Below, one piece after another: positions 1 to 11,723 of a stretch of DNA of 64,000 nucleotides. Each line of letters opens with the position of its first letter. The first letter of the stretch is position 1. The position numbers and the translations under genes were made by a program. Where the stretch lies: contig NC_081354.1 of the NCBI RefSeq assembly GCF_030684315.1, positions 168,954,745 to 169,018,744 on the forward strand, given 5' to 3'. Source of the stretch: Stegostoma tigrinum (taxonomy: Eukaryota). A model generated the notes under the pieces. That model made no database searches, had not been told where the DNA came from, and was given only the letters and a program-made list of their open reading frames with translations.

Positions 1-219
1 CTTCGGAAACAGCCCGTCACTGCACGGCATCAGGACGTGAGGTCACTGTCCCCGTGGGCGTAGTGATATTGTTTGTTTAACTTAAAACATTCATGACCAA
101 TGTGTTTTAGTCTCCCAGTGGAAATGAAATACAAATATCTGGGATTCTTTGGATCTCAGACGGTGGCACTTGTGTTAGACGTTCAGGGACTTGCGTAATT
201 GATACACGACTTTTTGCGT

Positions 220-1102
220 ATGGCACAAAAATAGGCGGGATGTTAGATTGCAGTGAGGAGATAAGAACCTTACAAAGTGGGTCAAGATAGGTCGGGAGAG
301 TAGGTCAAAATGTGGTAGATGGGTAAGTTTGAGGCCATGCATTTTGGTCAGAAGAATGGGAAGGCGACCTATTATCTAAAAGGAGAGAGAGACTTCGGGT
401 GCTGCATGCAGAGGGATCTGGGTGTCTTGGTTCATGAGTCACAGAAAACAGGCTTGCAGGTACAGCACATAAAGAAAGCCAATGGAATATTGGCTTTTAT
501 AGCTAAAGGAATAGAATATAAAAGGTAAGGAAGTATTGTTGCAACTTTACAAGGCCTTGATGAGACAGCTGGAACATTTTGGCTCCAGTTATTTGAGGAA
601 ATAGTAGTGGGGGGCAGTTTAGAGGAGGTTCGCTAAATTGATCCCAGAGATGAGAGGTTTGCCAAATGAAGAGAGATTGAACAGTTTAGGCCTATACTCT
701 CTGAAATTTAGAAGAATGAGGGGAGATCAAATTGAGGTATCCAAGGTGATAAAAGGTCCAGATAAAATAGACGTGGAGCAGATGCTTCCTCCTCTTGTGG
801 GTCATTCTAGGACGAAAAGACATAGTCTAGGACAAGGGATAGCAAATTTAAAACCGTTGAGGAGAAACTAACTCTCTCAAAAGAGTTATGAATCTGTGGA
901 ATTCGTTACCCCAAAGTAAGGTGGATGCTGGGACAGTGAATAAATTTAAAGTAGTTTTAGATTTTTTAAACTGGTAATGGGTTGAAGAGTTATGGCAGAA
1001 AGGCAAGAAAATGGGAGTAAGGAGCATATCAGCCACTATTGAATGGTGGAGCAGACTTCGATGGGCCGGATGGCCTAATTCTGCCCCTATATCTTATGAA
1101 CT
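220..1102 (+). mobile_element. CR1-clade LINE 3' fragment (degenerate)
   Basis: RDLGVLV..KKANGILAFIAKGIEYK and EERL..LGLYSL..RRMRGD motifs, plus CR1 3' UTR. Confidence 0.9.
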
Positions 1103-1729
1103 TACTGATCTACACGTTATTTTCTGTCTGGCCGCAAACGATATGTGCAAGACAAACCTCAAGCATCCGTTAAATCGACCTTAGTATTAACAATACGTAA
1201 AGAAATTGTATCTGCACTTCACACATTAGATTCGCGCACATAAACGGTTTGGAACAGACAAAATACTTCAATCTTATTTTTCCTAAGCATCTGTAGGACG
1301 TATACCACTTAAAATTGAAATGAATTGCACTCTTTGACTGGAGTAATGTTTGGACTATATCTCACTTGATGACCGTTTGGATGATAGTCACGGACGACAA
1401 GGATTTTACACTATTTCAGTTCAATCCACAAACGTGTGACTGTTTTAACATTTGCGCATTGCCTGATATGGTGATTTCAATGTATTTCCGGAATTAACTG
1501 AAACGGCTGCCAGAACATACAGCACCCATGTGTGGCAGGCGATTACAGCAACATGCCCTTGGATGTACAGCTTTTCTTTTTAAACTGAAGGGTAAAATTT
1601 GATTTTATTTCGTTTCTGAAGGGCCAGCAGCTGATTTAAAACCAAACCATCATCGAACTAATGAGAATCTGTTCACCAGTAAGCTGAGGCCTTCAAACCA
1701 GCAGATGTAATGTACAGTACAGCTAGAAG

Positions 1730-2581
1730 ACTGTGCAAACATGTTGATTTCCATGTGTTCGTAATCCATTCTATTCAATGGGCTATTCACCCTCTGCAAT
1801 AATTGTCAAAAAAGCTTCAATTTTAGCCGTGAAATTGAATTAAAGACCGTATCTTCCAAATATGTATAATCAAATTTCTTGAGTTCGATTTGACACGCCC
1901 AGGCCACACTCAAAAATTAAAGGATAAAAAAAATCTATGAAATATGCAGGGAATTTCAATCTCTTCATCGTTCCTTAAAATATTCCTGAGAAGACACAAA
2001 CTTGTACGAAAAATAGATTAACTGCAGCGTCTTCGTTTCTGTCTTGTTTGCCTAGTTGGGAGATATGGGACTTAGAACCGGTCACTTTACTCTTGCTGTA
2101 GTTCTGCCGCAAGGTAATACAGCTCGGAAGCATCTATAGCAATACACACCTTTCTAGAAATCTAAAACAACGGTCGTTGTCAAAATTGGGAGTGAACGTG
2201 CTCCCTGATGATGTGTTGAATCAATGCATTTAGTTATCATCGAAGCCGTGCAGTGTGGAAACAGGCCCTTCGGCCCAACAAGTCCACACCGACCCTCACA
2301 GTGCCCACCTGAACCCATCCCCCTAATCTACGCATCCCTGAACGCTACGAGCAATTTAGGATGGCTAATCCACCCAGCCTGCATATCTTTGGACTGCGGG
2401 AGGAAACCAGAGGAAACCCGCACAGACACAGGGAGAATGTGCAGACCCCACACAGACAGTCTCCCGTGGGTGGAATCGAACCGGGGCCCCTAGAGCTGTG
2501 AAGCAGCACTACTAGCCACTGAGCCACCGTACCGTCCCAATGACGCTTACGAACACATGGAAATCAACATGTTTGCACAGT
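1730..2581. repeat. Perfect 35-bp inverted repeat pair (1730-1764 and 2547-2581)
   Basis: ACTGTGCAAACATGTTGATTTCCATGTGTTCGTAA and its exact reverse complement. Confidence 0.95.
2243..2535 (-). mobile_element. HE1-like tRNA-derived SINE (V-SINE)
   Basis: tRNA head GGTGGCTCAGTGG..GGTTCGATTCC, central GGGTTTCCTC..TTCCTCCC domain, CR1-like 3' tail GGGCCGAAGGGCCTGTTTCC. Confidence 0.85.
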
Positions 2582-4624
2582 ATTGTATGTTATGTTTAGG
2601 ACTTCAATATTCCCTATACAAGAACCATCCGTTTTATCGGAGTGCTATTGTTTCCATCTTTTGCCTCAGCTCCATTACTTCTTCATATAGCGATAGCACA
2701 TTTGCTTTAATTTGTTTAAAACTAATTTTTTAAAAAAAGATTTAAATATCGTCCATGCCAATACGTGGCACGAGATTAAATCGAATGACCTTCCTTGCTG
2801 CTGTCTCGCAATAAAGAAAAGGAGACACCCCAATTCCACGATTTCCACTGGACTTCTAAAGAATTAGGCTCGTGTCTCTAATGGCCGATTTACTTCGTCA
2901 AATTAGTCGGCGGGCAGCTTCATGTTACTCGTGATAAGTTGAAATGCATGTACGTTTATAATGTTTTTATTTCATGTAAAATACCACATTCGAGGAGGTC
3001 TTGCGGCACTTTGCGCCGCGTCTCAACCCTGAATCCACGACCTCTGATGGGCAAGGAAACTACATTAAGCACATGGCCAAACGTGTCCAAAATCTGGTAA
3101 ATCATTCCAACTTTCACCAATTTGCATGACCGTTTAATATACGCCAATGGCAGTCTGTAAGACCACGATCAGCTCGTAATATAATGGAACTAGAGCCTCT
3201 ACCATAACCACCTATAGCTTCAGGCTATAACGTGCAGGTAACGTGTATGTGGCCCATCGATTGGGACTTCTCGGGGGATCAGTTTTCCTCTGTTGGGGCA
3301 GATCAGAACGGGATCAATAGCATGAATTTCCCTCCCCGATCTGACTGGGGTGAATTTCAAACCTGCCCTCTTGATCTACCCTGTTGGAGATCACAGTGAC
3401 ATGGGTGAGACTGGGACAGAGGACAATTTGATGTAGCGTTACATCATGTTGGAAAGGTTTGACTGTACCACTGTCCCTAATTGGTATAACCGCACTGCAT
3501 TGAGGAAAGGCCTTCTCCTCGCCTGTTAGTGAGATTTCCTCATTACCTTGTATTTTTTCCTCCTATTCCCCACCCCTACCCTCTAGGTCTGCTGTGATAA
3601 TTCTTCACCACAGCTTGACCATTTCAAGGCATTGTGCCCTGATGTTTCTTCTGTTCGGTCATGATGCACTCTAGAATTACCTCTTTTGTTACTCCGTTTC
3701 CTGCTTTCAGAAGTTCTTAAATTTGGTTCTATCGAAGTCAATCGCATCTGGCTTCTTGAAATTGTATGACTGTTCTTTGTACGCCATCCTGCAAAGCGAT
3801 GAAGCATAGGGTGTATACTTGCTGAACTCGAGGTTAATCTTTGACAGTTAATTTTTCGTTGGGTTTGGCAGCTATCCAGCAGTCCCTGACCCCTCTGATT
3901 CTGACGGTGTCAAACAGACTCGAGAGCTTAACTCTGTTTCTCTCTCCGCTAATGCTGCCTGACCTGCTAAGTTTCTCCAACATTAGCTGTTGGAGAGAGA
4001 TAGTAGGAACTGCCGATGCTGGAGAATCTGAGATAACAAGGTGTAGAGCTGGATGACCCTTCAGAAGAAGGGTTCAGGCCAAAAACATCAGCGTTCGTGC
4101 TCCTTGGATGCTGCCTGGCCTGCTGTGTTCCTCCTTACTGAAAGCTTATTGCTTCCCAACAATGTAATTCAGCAGTATCTTAGCAAACCCGTATTACTGG
4201 CAATGAGCTGTAATGTTCAACTTTTCCCTTTTCGTTCAAGCTGCGCAACCTCCAGGCGATTTCATGTTGCAAATATTTTTTTCGTGTGTAAAGAATGTAT
4301 TTTCTCCAGACTGATTCGGCCTCTCTTTAAATTATTTCGTTTCTCTTAATTGCACAATGGAGTCAATGAAAACATTTCTCTGCAAAATCGAATTCACAAA
4401 CTGAAAGCTGACATTGAAATGTGACAAAGACACGAGAAAACTCGGGGCTAGTATTAGATTAATGGACTGACTGGGCGGTGACCGAGGCCACTCGACTCTT
4501 GGTAAGAGCAATCCTGTTGGTCCTCCGTCCTCCTTCCTGCTTAAATTCTGCAGTTGGCCATTTATCAAACAGATGCTTCGGATGTTTTCTGTTTTAGGAG
4601 GCCACAGAGCACTTTTGTTTACTT

Positions 4625-4962
4625 ACTCACAGGATGAACGGTGTCACTTGCTGGGGCAGCATTTATTGCCCATCCCAAATTACCCAGAGGGCAGTTAAAA
4701 GTCAACCACATTGCTATAGGTCTGGAGTCGCATGCAGGCCAGACCAGGTAAGGATGGCAGTTTCCTTCCCTAGAGTGAATCCGAAGCGATTTTCTGACCA
4801 TCAACAGTGGATTCATGGTCATCATTGGACTCTTAATTCCAGATATTTTATTAAATTCAAATTCCACCATCTGCCATGGTGGGATTCGAACCCGTGTCTC
4901 CGGAACAATATCTGGGTCTCTGGATGAACAGTCCAGCGATAAACCAGTAGGTCATCGCCTCC
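4625..4962 (-). mobile_element. Second tRNA-derived SINE family (SacSINE1/DeuSINE-like)
   Basis: B-box GGGTTCGAATCCC in the head; tail GGGCAATAAATGCTG shared with the LINE 3' end at 20420-20885. Other copies at 18425-18768 (-), ~30620-30900 (-) and ~30980-31275 (+). Family name from recall. Confidence 0.65.
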
Positions 4963-5224
4963 CGGTTCCTGTGAACGAAAAGTTCTCAAAATTCGACAAT
5001 TCCACGTGACTGTGTGGTATAAAACAAACAAAATGTTATTTCTCGTTAATCTGACAGTCACCCAGCAACCAGAGCCACGCGATACCCTTCAGGCGGTTGA
5101 GTAATATCGGTACCGTTAATAAATTCGATAGTTGAGCTTGATTCTTGTGGCACAGTGGTAGTGTCTCTAACTCTGAGCCAGCAGGTCTGAGCTTCAAATC
5201 TCATGTCCTGGGCTATTGTTGTAA

Positions 5225-5835
5225 CATGTATATGGTGTTTTGGCTTTCATTAACAGGGGGATTGAGTTTAAGAGTCGTGAGATCTTGTTGCAGCTCTATA
5301 AAACTTTGGTTAGACCGCACTTGGAATACTGCGTCCAGTTCTGGTCGCCCTACTATAGGAAAGATGTGGATGCTTTGGAGAGGGTTCAGAGGAGGTTTAC
5401 CAGAATGCTTCCTGGACTGGAGGGCTTATCTTATGAAGAGAGGTTGACTGAGCTTGGACGCTTTTCATTGGAGAAAAGGAGGAGGAGACGGGACCTAATT
5501 GAGGTATACAAGATAATGAGAGGCATAGATAGAGTTGATAGCCAGAGACTATTTCCCAGGGCAGAAATGGCTAACATAAGGGGTCATAGTTTTAAACTGG
5601 TTGGAGGAAAGTATAGAGGGGATGTCAGAGGCAGGTTCTTCTCACAGACTTGTGAGAGCATGGAATGCGTTGCCAGCAGCAGTTGTGGAAGCAAGGTCTT
5701 TGGGGACATTTAAGAGATTGCTGGACATGCATATGGTCATAGAAATTTGAGGGTGCATACATGAGGATCAATGGTCGGCACAACATCGTGGGCTGAAGGG
5801 CCTGTTCTGTGCTCTACTGTTCTATGTTCTATGTT
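5225..5835 (+). mobile_element. Young CR1 (HER1-like) 3' fragment
   Basis: ORF 5240-5713 LYKTLVRPHLEYCVQFWSP; (TTCTATG)n tail. The same tail occurs inverted at 45484-45680. Confidence 0.92.
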
Positions 5836-5974
5836 GTATGCCTGAACAGTTTGACCAAACATAAAACACAGAACTGCGAAGGTTGAAAAGCCTGAAAATG
5901 TTGGATAAACTCAGCATCTGTCAGGACAGGAACAAAATTAATGTCTTGAGTCCAGTGATGCTTCAGAAGGGTCT

Positions 5975-6438
5975 GAGATAATGGGAACTGCAGATGCTGG
6001 AGAATCCAAGATAACAAAGTGTGGAGCTGTATGAACACAGCAGGCCAAGCAGCATCTCAGGAGCACAAAAGCTGACGTTTCAGGCCTAGATCCTTCATCA
6101 GAGAAGGGGAGGCAGACTGAAGATGGATAGAGGAGAAGATAGGTGGGGAGGGGTTAGGACAGTCGGGGGAAGACGGACAGGCCAATGGGGTGGGATGAGG
6201 TTAGTAGGTAGGAAATGGAGGTGCGGCTTGAGATGGGAGGAGGGTATAGGTGACAGGAAGAACAGGTTAGGCAGGCGGAGACGAGCTGGGATGGTTTTGT
6301 CGGGGGGAGGGGAGGGGAGATTTTGAAGCTGGTGAAATCCACCCCTTTTCTGATGAAGGCCCGAAACGTCAGCTTTTGTGCTCCTAAGATGCTGCTTGGC
6401 CTGCTGTGTTCATCCAGCCCCACACTTTGTTATCTTCC
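5975..6438. mobile_element. Non-coding PLE hairpin insertion nested in a short family-2 repeat
   Basis: Inverted PLE 3' ends; 9-bp TSD GAAGGGTCT (5966-5974 and 6439-6447). Confidence 0.8.
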
Positions 6439-7699
6439 GAAGGGTCTTTTGCTTTCTCTTGACAATTGCTGCCAGGCCTGCTGAGTTTCTCCAGCAATTT
6501 CTGCCCTCGATTAACAAAAACCACTGTGGCTGACTGGTGAATGCATCACAGCGGAAACATCATACACTTTCTCTAGAATTGATTGGGTGCTCTCAGACAA
6601 GTAGCCGAGAGGCAGTGAGCACACGAAGCCAACTCGGTGCAGTATTTCCTCTCACTTGCTTCCTCTTGAAGCAGAAATTACGTTCTTCTGACAGATAGAA
6701 TAACGTCAACACAAGCAGTTGTCGCCCTGCAAATAATTGGCCTTTCCATTTGCCCCAGTTAACACACTGACAATTGCTACATTGAATCTTCAAAGGTTAG
6801 CCTGCACTGCGGATTCCATACTCCACTTGTTGATCCAGTGATATTGTAATTGTGTAAACTTGTAATCGTCACAGGACCTTATTTTTCATTTTGCTATGGT
6901 GAGCCTTAGTACCCAAAGAATCGACTGCTAACACGTTTAGTACATCATCTGTGTTGAAGCTAATGTCTTCCCGCTTTCCGCACAGTACACAGTATGAAAA
7001 ATGGATGGATAGTCAGTACATGAGGTATGGCAAAAAAAAGACATTTACAGGACGCTTGATCTATTTCCTTTTCGCAGTGCAACATGTTTCAGGCTGTAAC
7101 CTTCAAAGACGCCAGCTGTCCTCAGTCAGAAACCTGACATACTTTTCACTGATAGTAGGAACTGCAGATGCTGGAGAATCTGAGATAACAAGGTGTAGAG
7201 CTGGATGAGCACAGCAGGCCAAGCAGCATCAGAGGCGCATATTTTTGAAGAGCTCGCAGCTGAACTGAAGCAATTGTTGCTACGAAGGGTCACTCACTAT
7301 TGTCTAATTTTGGATGTTCGAGACTTTTTTACAAGCTCATGTACCGTCGGTAGTCTTACATTTCTGGGTCAGTACGCTACCTTTGGGGGAAAAAAAAGCC
7401 ATCTAGCGCTGTCAGACAGCCACAGTTATCGACACCAGAGAACCGACAGACTCAATTAGGAGCAGCCACTAGCATTAGGGTAGTAACTAGCATTAGAGAA
7501 TTATACCATAATTGAAGAATAAGGAATTGATCAAAGCTGTAAATTTTAACAAATAACTTTTAATGATGTAATTTATTATTGTGTTCACTTACACTGTGAG
7601 AAATAAATGGACTGTGAGAATAGAAGAAATAAATACCTCAGGAATCTTTACCTACCTTGAAGATGTTACCCTCCACCCGCCGGAAAGACCTCAGAGGTC

Positions 7700-7862
7700 C
7701 TATTTATTTCAGAATCCCCCTCCCCTCCCCCATTTCTGAAGAAGGGTCTTGACCCGAAACGTCAGCTTTCCTGCCCCTCTGGTGCTACTTGGCCTGCTTG
7801 TGCATCCAGCTCTATACCTTGTTATCTCAGGTTCCCCCGCATCTGCACTTCCTACTATCTCA
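7700..7862 (+). mobile_element. PLE 3'-end fragment with hammerhead-like core
   Basis: CTGAAGAAGGGTCTTGACCCGAAACGTC followed by the shared PLE terminus. Similar pieces at 3995-4134, 7151-7234, 37552-37675, 49782-49864, 54918-55150 and 56239-56452. Confidence 0.75.
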
Positions 7863-9877
7863 GGAATATTATTTGTATGCTTTTTATAATTTTAATTTGT
7901 ACACCCATTTTGCAGTTTCTATGCTATACAAAACTTAATGAGTAAAAGTACAGTTTTTTAAAAAAAATAAATGTTATGTATAGATAGAAAAAAAACTCAG
8001 TCTTAGAATCACAAACGCACAGATGAATGGAGGCCTGTCATTCTAAGAGATATGGGTACCCAGTCTAAATAACTAATCCATTTTGTTGACAACTATCTTT
8101 GCAGAGAAGGGGCTAAAAGACCAAGACATATGACTCATAGTTTATGAAGATACAGGTCATTCAAAGTTCCAGTCTACAGGGTGAACAATTATGAAACTAA
8201 TTATTTCTGAGCAGCACATAGGGAGGCTGGATCTCATCTCTGGGCGAAATAAAAACTGAAAAAACTGCAGATGCTGTAAATCAGGAACAAAAACAGAAGT
8301 TGCTGGAAAAATTCAGCACGTCTGGCAGCATCTGTGAAGAAAAAAGTCAGAGTTAACATTTTGGGTCTGGTGACCCTTCCTCAGAACGTCTCTCAGCAAT
8401 TTGAATAATTTGTGGAGAGTCTTGTTTGTGCTATAATTGCCTATATTGATGGTAAAGTAGAAAGTAAAATTTTATTGTCAGCTAAAGTCGTAGAGATACT
8501 AACATATGCAGCACACAAAATAGTGTGGAAAAGAAATGTCATTGCTGCAATGTTAATGAAGATTATTGCAATACAGCTGTTAGCAATGTGAAGAACAGTG
8601 CATAACTCTTAGCTCTCAACAATAAACAAAATCCTGTTCTTAATCCTGAAATAACTGAGAAATATGCAATGAAAGTTACAGAGAGAAATATTTGACAGAA
8701 TCAAAGCATAAACGTATATATGTTGTCAATTGCTTCAAAACATAGTTCAAAATAATAGGGAGAGAGACAGGCACTATATGTTTAGTCAATTAGAAGACAT
8801 CAGAAGCATGATAAAAATAAATACACGTAAATGTTACAAAGTAGATCATTCTCATTGTCATGAAAAGACATTTGAATTGTAATATGATTTCATCTTATTG
8901 TAGTACTGGACAAGTCAGATCCCAAAGTGAAACTTGGCTTGATAAATCATAAATTTAACTGTGTTGTTTAGCCACTGAATGTATTCACATTAGGCTATCA
9001 ATATTCCAAAACAAAAGAACTCAAATTTGTTGCACAGAAGAAAAAATGTGACAGTTTAGACATGTATCTAACAGCCAATCAAGTTTCAACCATTTTTCCA
9101 ACAATATTCTTTACAGATTCTCAATCCCTGTGAAGTATCTCTCCTATCTTAGCTATTTCATTTCATACTTAACTAACTAACACTTTCTGGGGTTGATAGC
9201 CAAGAGACTTTGCTCCAGTTCTGATCACCTAATCCTCTTTCCAGTTCTGCCAGCATAAAAACATCTACACAAACTCTCATACTTTAGTTTAGATACTTTA
9301 CAAATTGAAACTCTTTTGCGAGGGAGAAACTGTTCTCCTGAATTAAAATCTGATTGTGAACTGAATTTAGAGAAAACATAACTTTTTTTTATCAGTCTTA
9401 GAAGTTCAACTTTGTAAACAATTAATCAGTTGACAGCACTGGTAGGTACCTTACTGAAGTCACATGCTTTCTTGAAAATTATGTAATTAGTTTATTGTTC
9501 CAAATAACTTTATGACTTATTGCAAAAAAATTTACAGCATTGAAATCACACATAAATTGATATACAATTGAAGCAAGAATAGGATGTTCAGCTCATCGAG
9601 CCTGCTCCGCTATTCAATAAAATCTATCCGTGGTCTAAGCTCCTCTCACCTGCATTATCCCTGTAACCTTTAATACCCCTATCTATCCAACTGCATCTAA
9701 AATATATTTAATGAAACTACCTCTACTGCCCACTTGGGCAAAGAATCCCAAAGATTCACTACTCTCTAGGAAAAGCCGTTCCTCATCCCTGTCCTAAATC
9801 TACTCCCCCTAAGCTTGAGGCTATGTCCCCTAATCCTAGTCTCTCACACCAGTGGAAACAACTTGTCTGCCTCTATC

Positions 9878-11723
9878 AGAGATAATGGGAACTGCAGATG
9901 CTGGAGAATCCAAGATAATAAAGTGTGGAGCTGGATGAACACAGCAGGCCAAGCAGCATCTCAGGAGCACAAAAGCTGACGTTTTGGGCCTAGACACTTC
10001 ATCAGAGAGGGGGATGGGGAGAGGGTTCTAGAATAAATAGGGAGAGAGGGGGAGGCGGACTGAAGATGGAGAGAAAAGAAGATAGGTGGAGAGGTGAGTA
10101 TAGGTGGGGAGGTAGGGAGGGGATAGTTCAGTCCAGGGAAGACGGACGGGTCAAGGATGTGGGATGAGGTTAGTAGGTAGGAAATGGAGGTGCGGCTTGA
10201 GTTGGGAGGAAGGGATGGGTGAGAGGAAGAACAGGTTAGGGAGGCAGAGACAGGCTGGGCTGGTTTTGCGAAGCAGTGGGGGGAGGGGATGAGCTGGGCT
10301 GGTTGTGTGATGCAGTGGGGAGGTGATGAACTGGGCTGGTTTTGGGATGCGGTGGGGGAAGGGGAGATTTTGAAACTGGTGAAGTCCACATTGATATCAT
10401 TGGGCTGCAGGGTTCCCAAGCGGAATATGAGTTGCTGTTCCTGCAACCATCAGATAGCATCATTGTGGCACTGCAGGAGGCCCAGGATGGACATGTTGTC
10501 AAAAGAAAGGGAGGGGAAGTTAAAATGGATCGCGACTGGGAGGTGCAGTTGTTTATTGCGAACCGAGCAGAGGTGTTCTGCAAAGCTGTCCCCAAGCCTC
10601 CACTTGGTTTCCCCAATGTAGAGGGAGCCACACCGGGTACAATGGATAGAGTATACCAAATTGGCAGATGTGCAGGTGAACCTCTGCTTAATATGGAAAG
10701 TCATCTTGGGGCCTGAGATGGGGGTGAGGGAGGAGGTGTGGGGGCAAGTGTAGCACTTCCTGTGGTTGCAGGGGAAGGTGCCGGGTGTGGTGGGGTTGGA
10801 GGGCAGAGTGGAGCGAACAAGGGAGTCACGGAGAGAGTGGTCTCTCCAGAAGGCAGACAAGGGTGGGGATGGAAAAATGTCCTGGGTGGTGGGGTCGGAT
10901 TGTAGATGGCGGAAGTGTTGGAGGATGATGCGTTGTATCCGGAGGTTGGTGGGGTGGTGTGTGAGAATGAGGGGGATCCTCTTAGGGTGGTTGTGGTGGG
11001 GGTGGGGTGTATGGGATGTGTTGCGGGAAATGCAGGAGACGCGGTCAAGGGCGGTCTCGACCACTGCGGGAGGAAAGTTGTGGTCCTTGAAGAACGTGGA
11101 CATCTGGGATGTGCGGGAGTGGAATGCCTCATCCTGGGAGCAGCTGCGGCGGAGGTGGAGGAATTGGGAATAGGGGATGGAATTTTTGCAGGAGGGTGGA
11201 TGGGAGGAAGTGTATTCTAGGTAGCTGTGGGAGTCGGTGGGCTTGAAATGGACATCAGTTACAAGCTGGTTACCTGAGATGGAGACTGAGAGGTTCAGGA
11301 AGGTGAGGGATGTGTTGGAGATGGCCCAAGTGAACTTGAGGTTGGGGTGGAAGGTGTTGGTGAAGTGGATGAACTGTTCGAGCTCCTCTGGGGAGCAAGA
11401 GGCAGCGCCGATATCGTCATCAATGCGACGGAGGAAGAGGTGGGGTTTGGGGCCTGTGTAGGTGCGGAAGAGATCCCACCTTCTTGACCTGTCCGTCTTT
11501 CCTGGACTGACCTATCCCCTCCCTACCTCCCCACCTATACTCTCCTCTCCACCTATCTTCTTTTCTCTCCATCTTCGGTCCGCCTCCCCCTCTCTCCCTA
11601 TTTATTCCAGAACCCTCTCCCCATCCCCCTCTCTGATGAAGGGTCCAGGCCCAAAATGTCAGCTTTTGTGCTCCTGAGATGCTGCTTGGCCTGCTGTATT
11701 CATCCAGCTTCACGCTTTATTAT
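9878..11723 (-). mobile_element. 5'-truncated Penelope-like retroelement (RT C-terminus plus GIY-YIG endonuclease) with inverted terminal copy
   Basis: FLRRIDDDIG RT remnant at ~11420-11440 is in the same frame as ORF 10450-11103 (CNHRKCYTC..FTCTS..CTRCG..YIGETK..EH). Inverted 3' end at 11472-11723. 16-bp flanking duplication CTTGTCTGCCTCTATC (9862-9877 and 11724-11739). Confidence 0.9.

Noticed and set aside
2490-2535. tRNA genes at SINE heads (also ~4880 and ~37080)
   Set aside because: The A/B boxes belong to tRNA-derived SINEs; no full cloverleaf.
8880-9470. Possible solo LTR related to 19300-19885
   Set aside because: Only short terminal similarity was seen; boundaries and TSD could not be established by eye.
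10236-11220. Multiple overlapping 100-140 aa ORFs
   Set aside because: Alternative-frame and antisense shadows of the C-rich PLE ORF.
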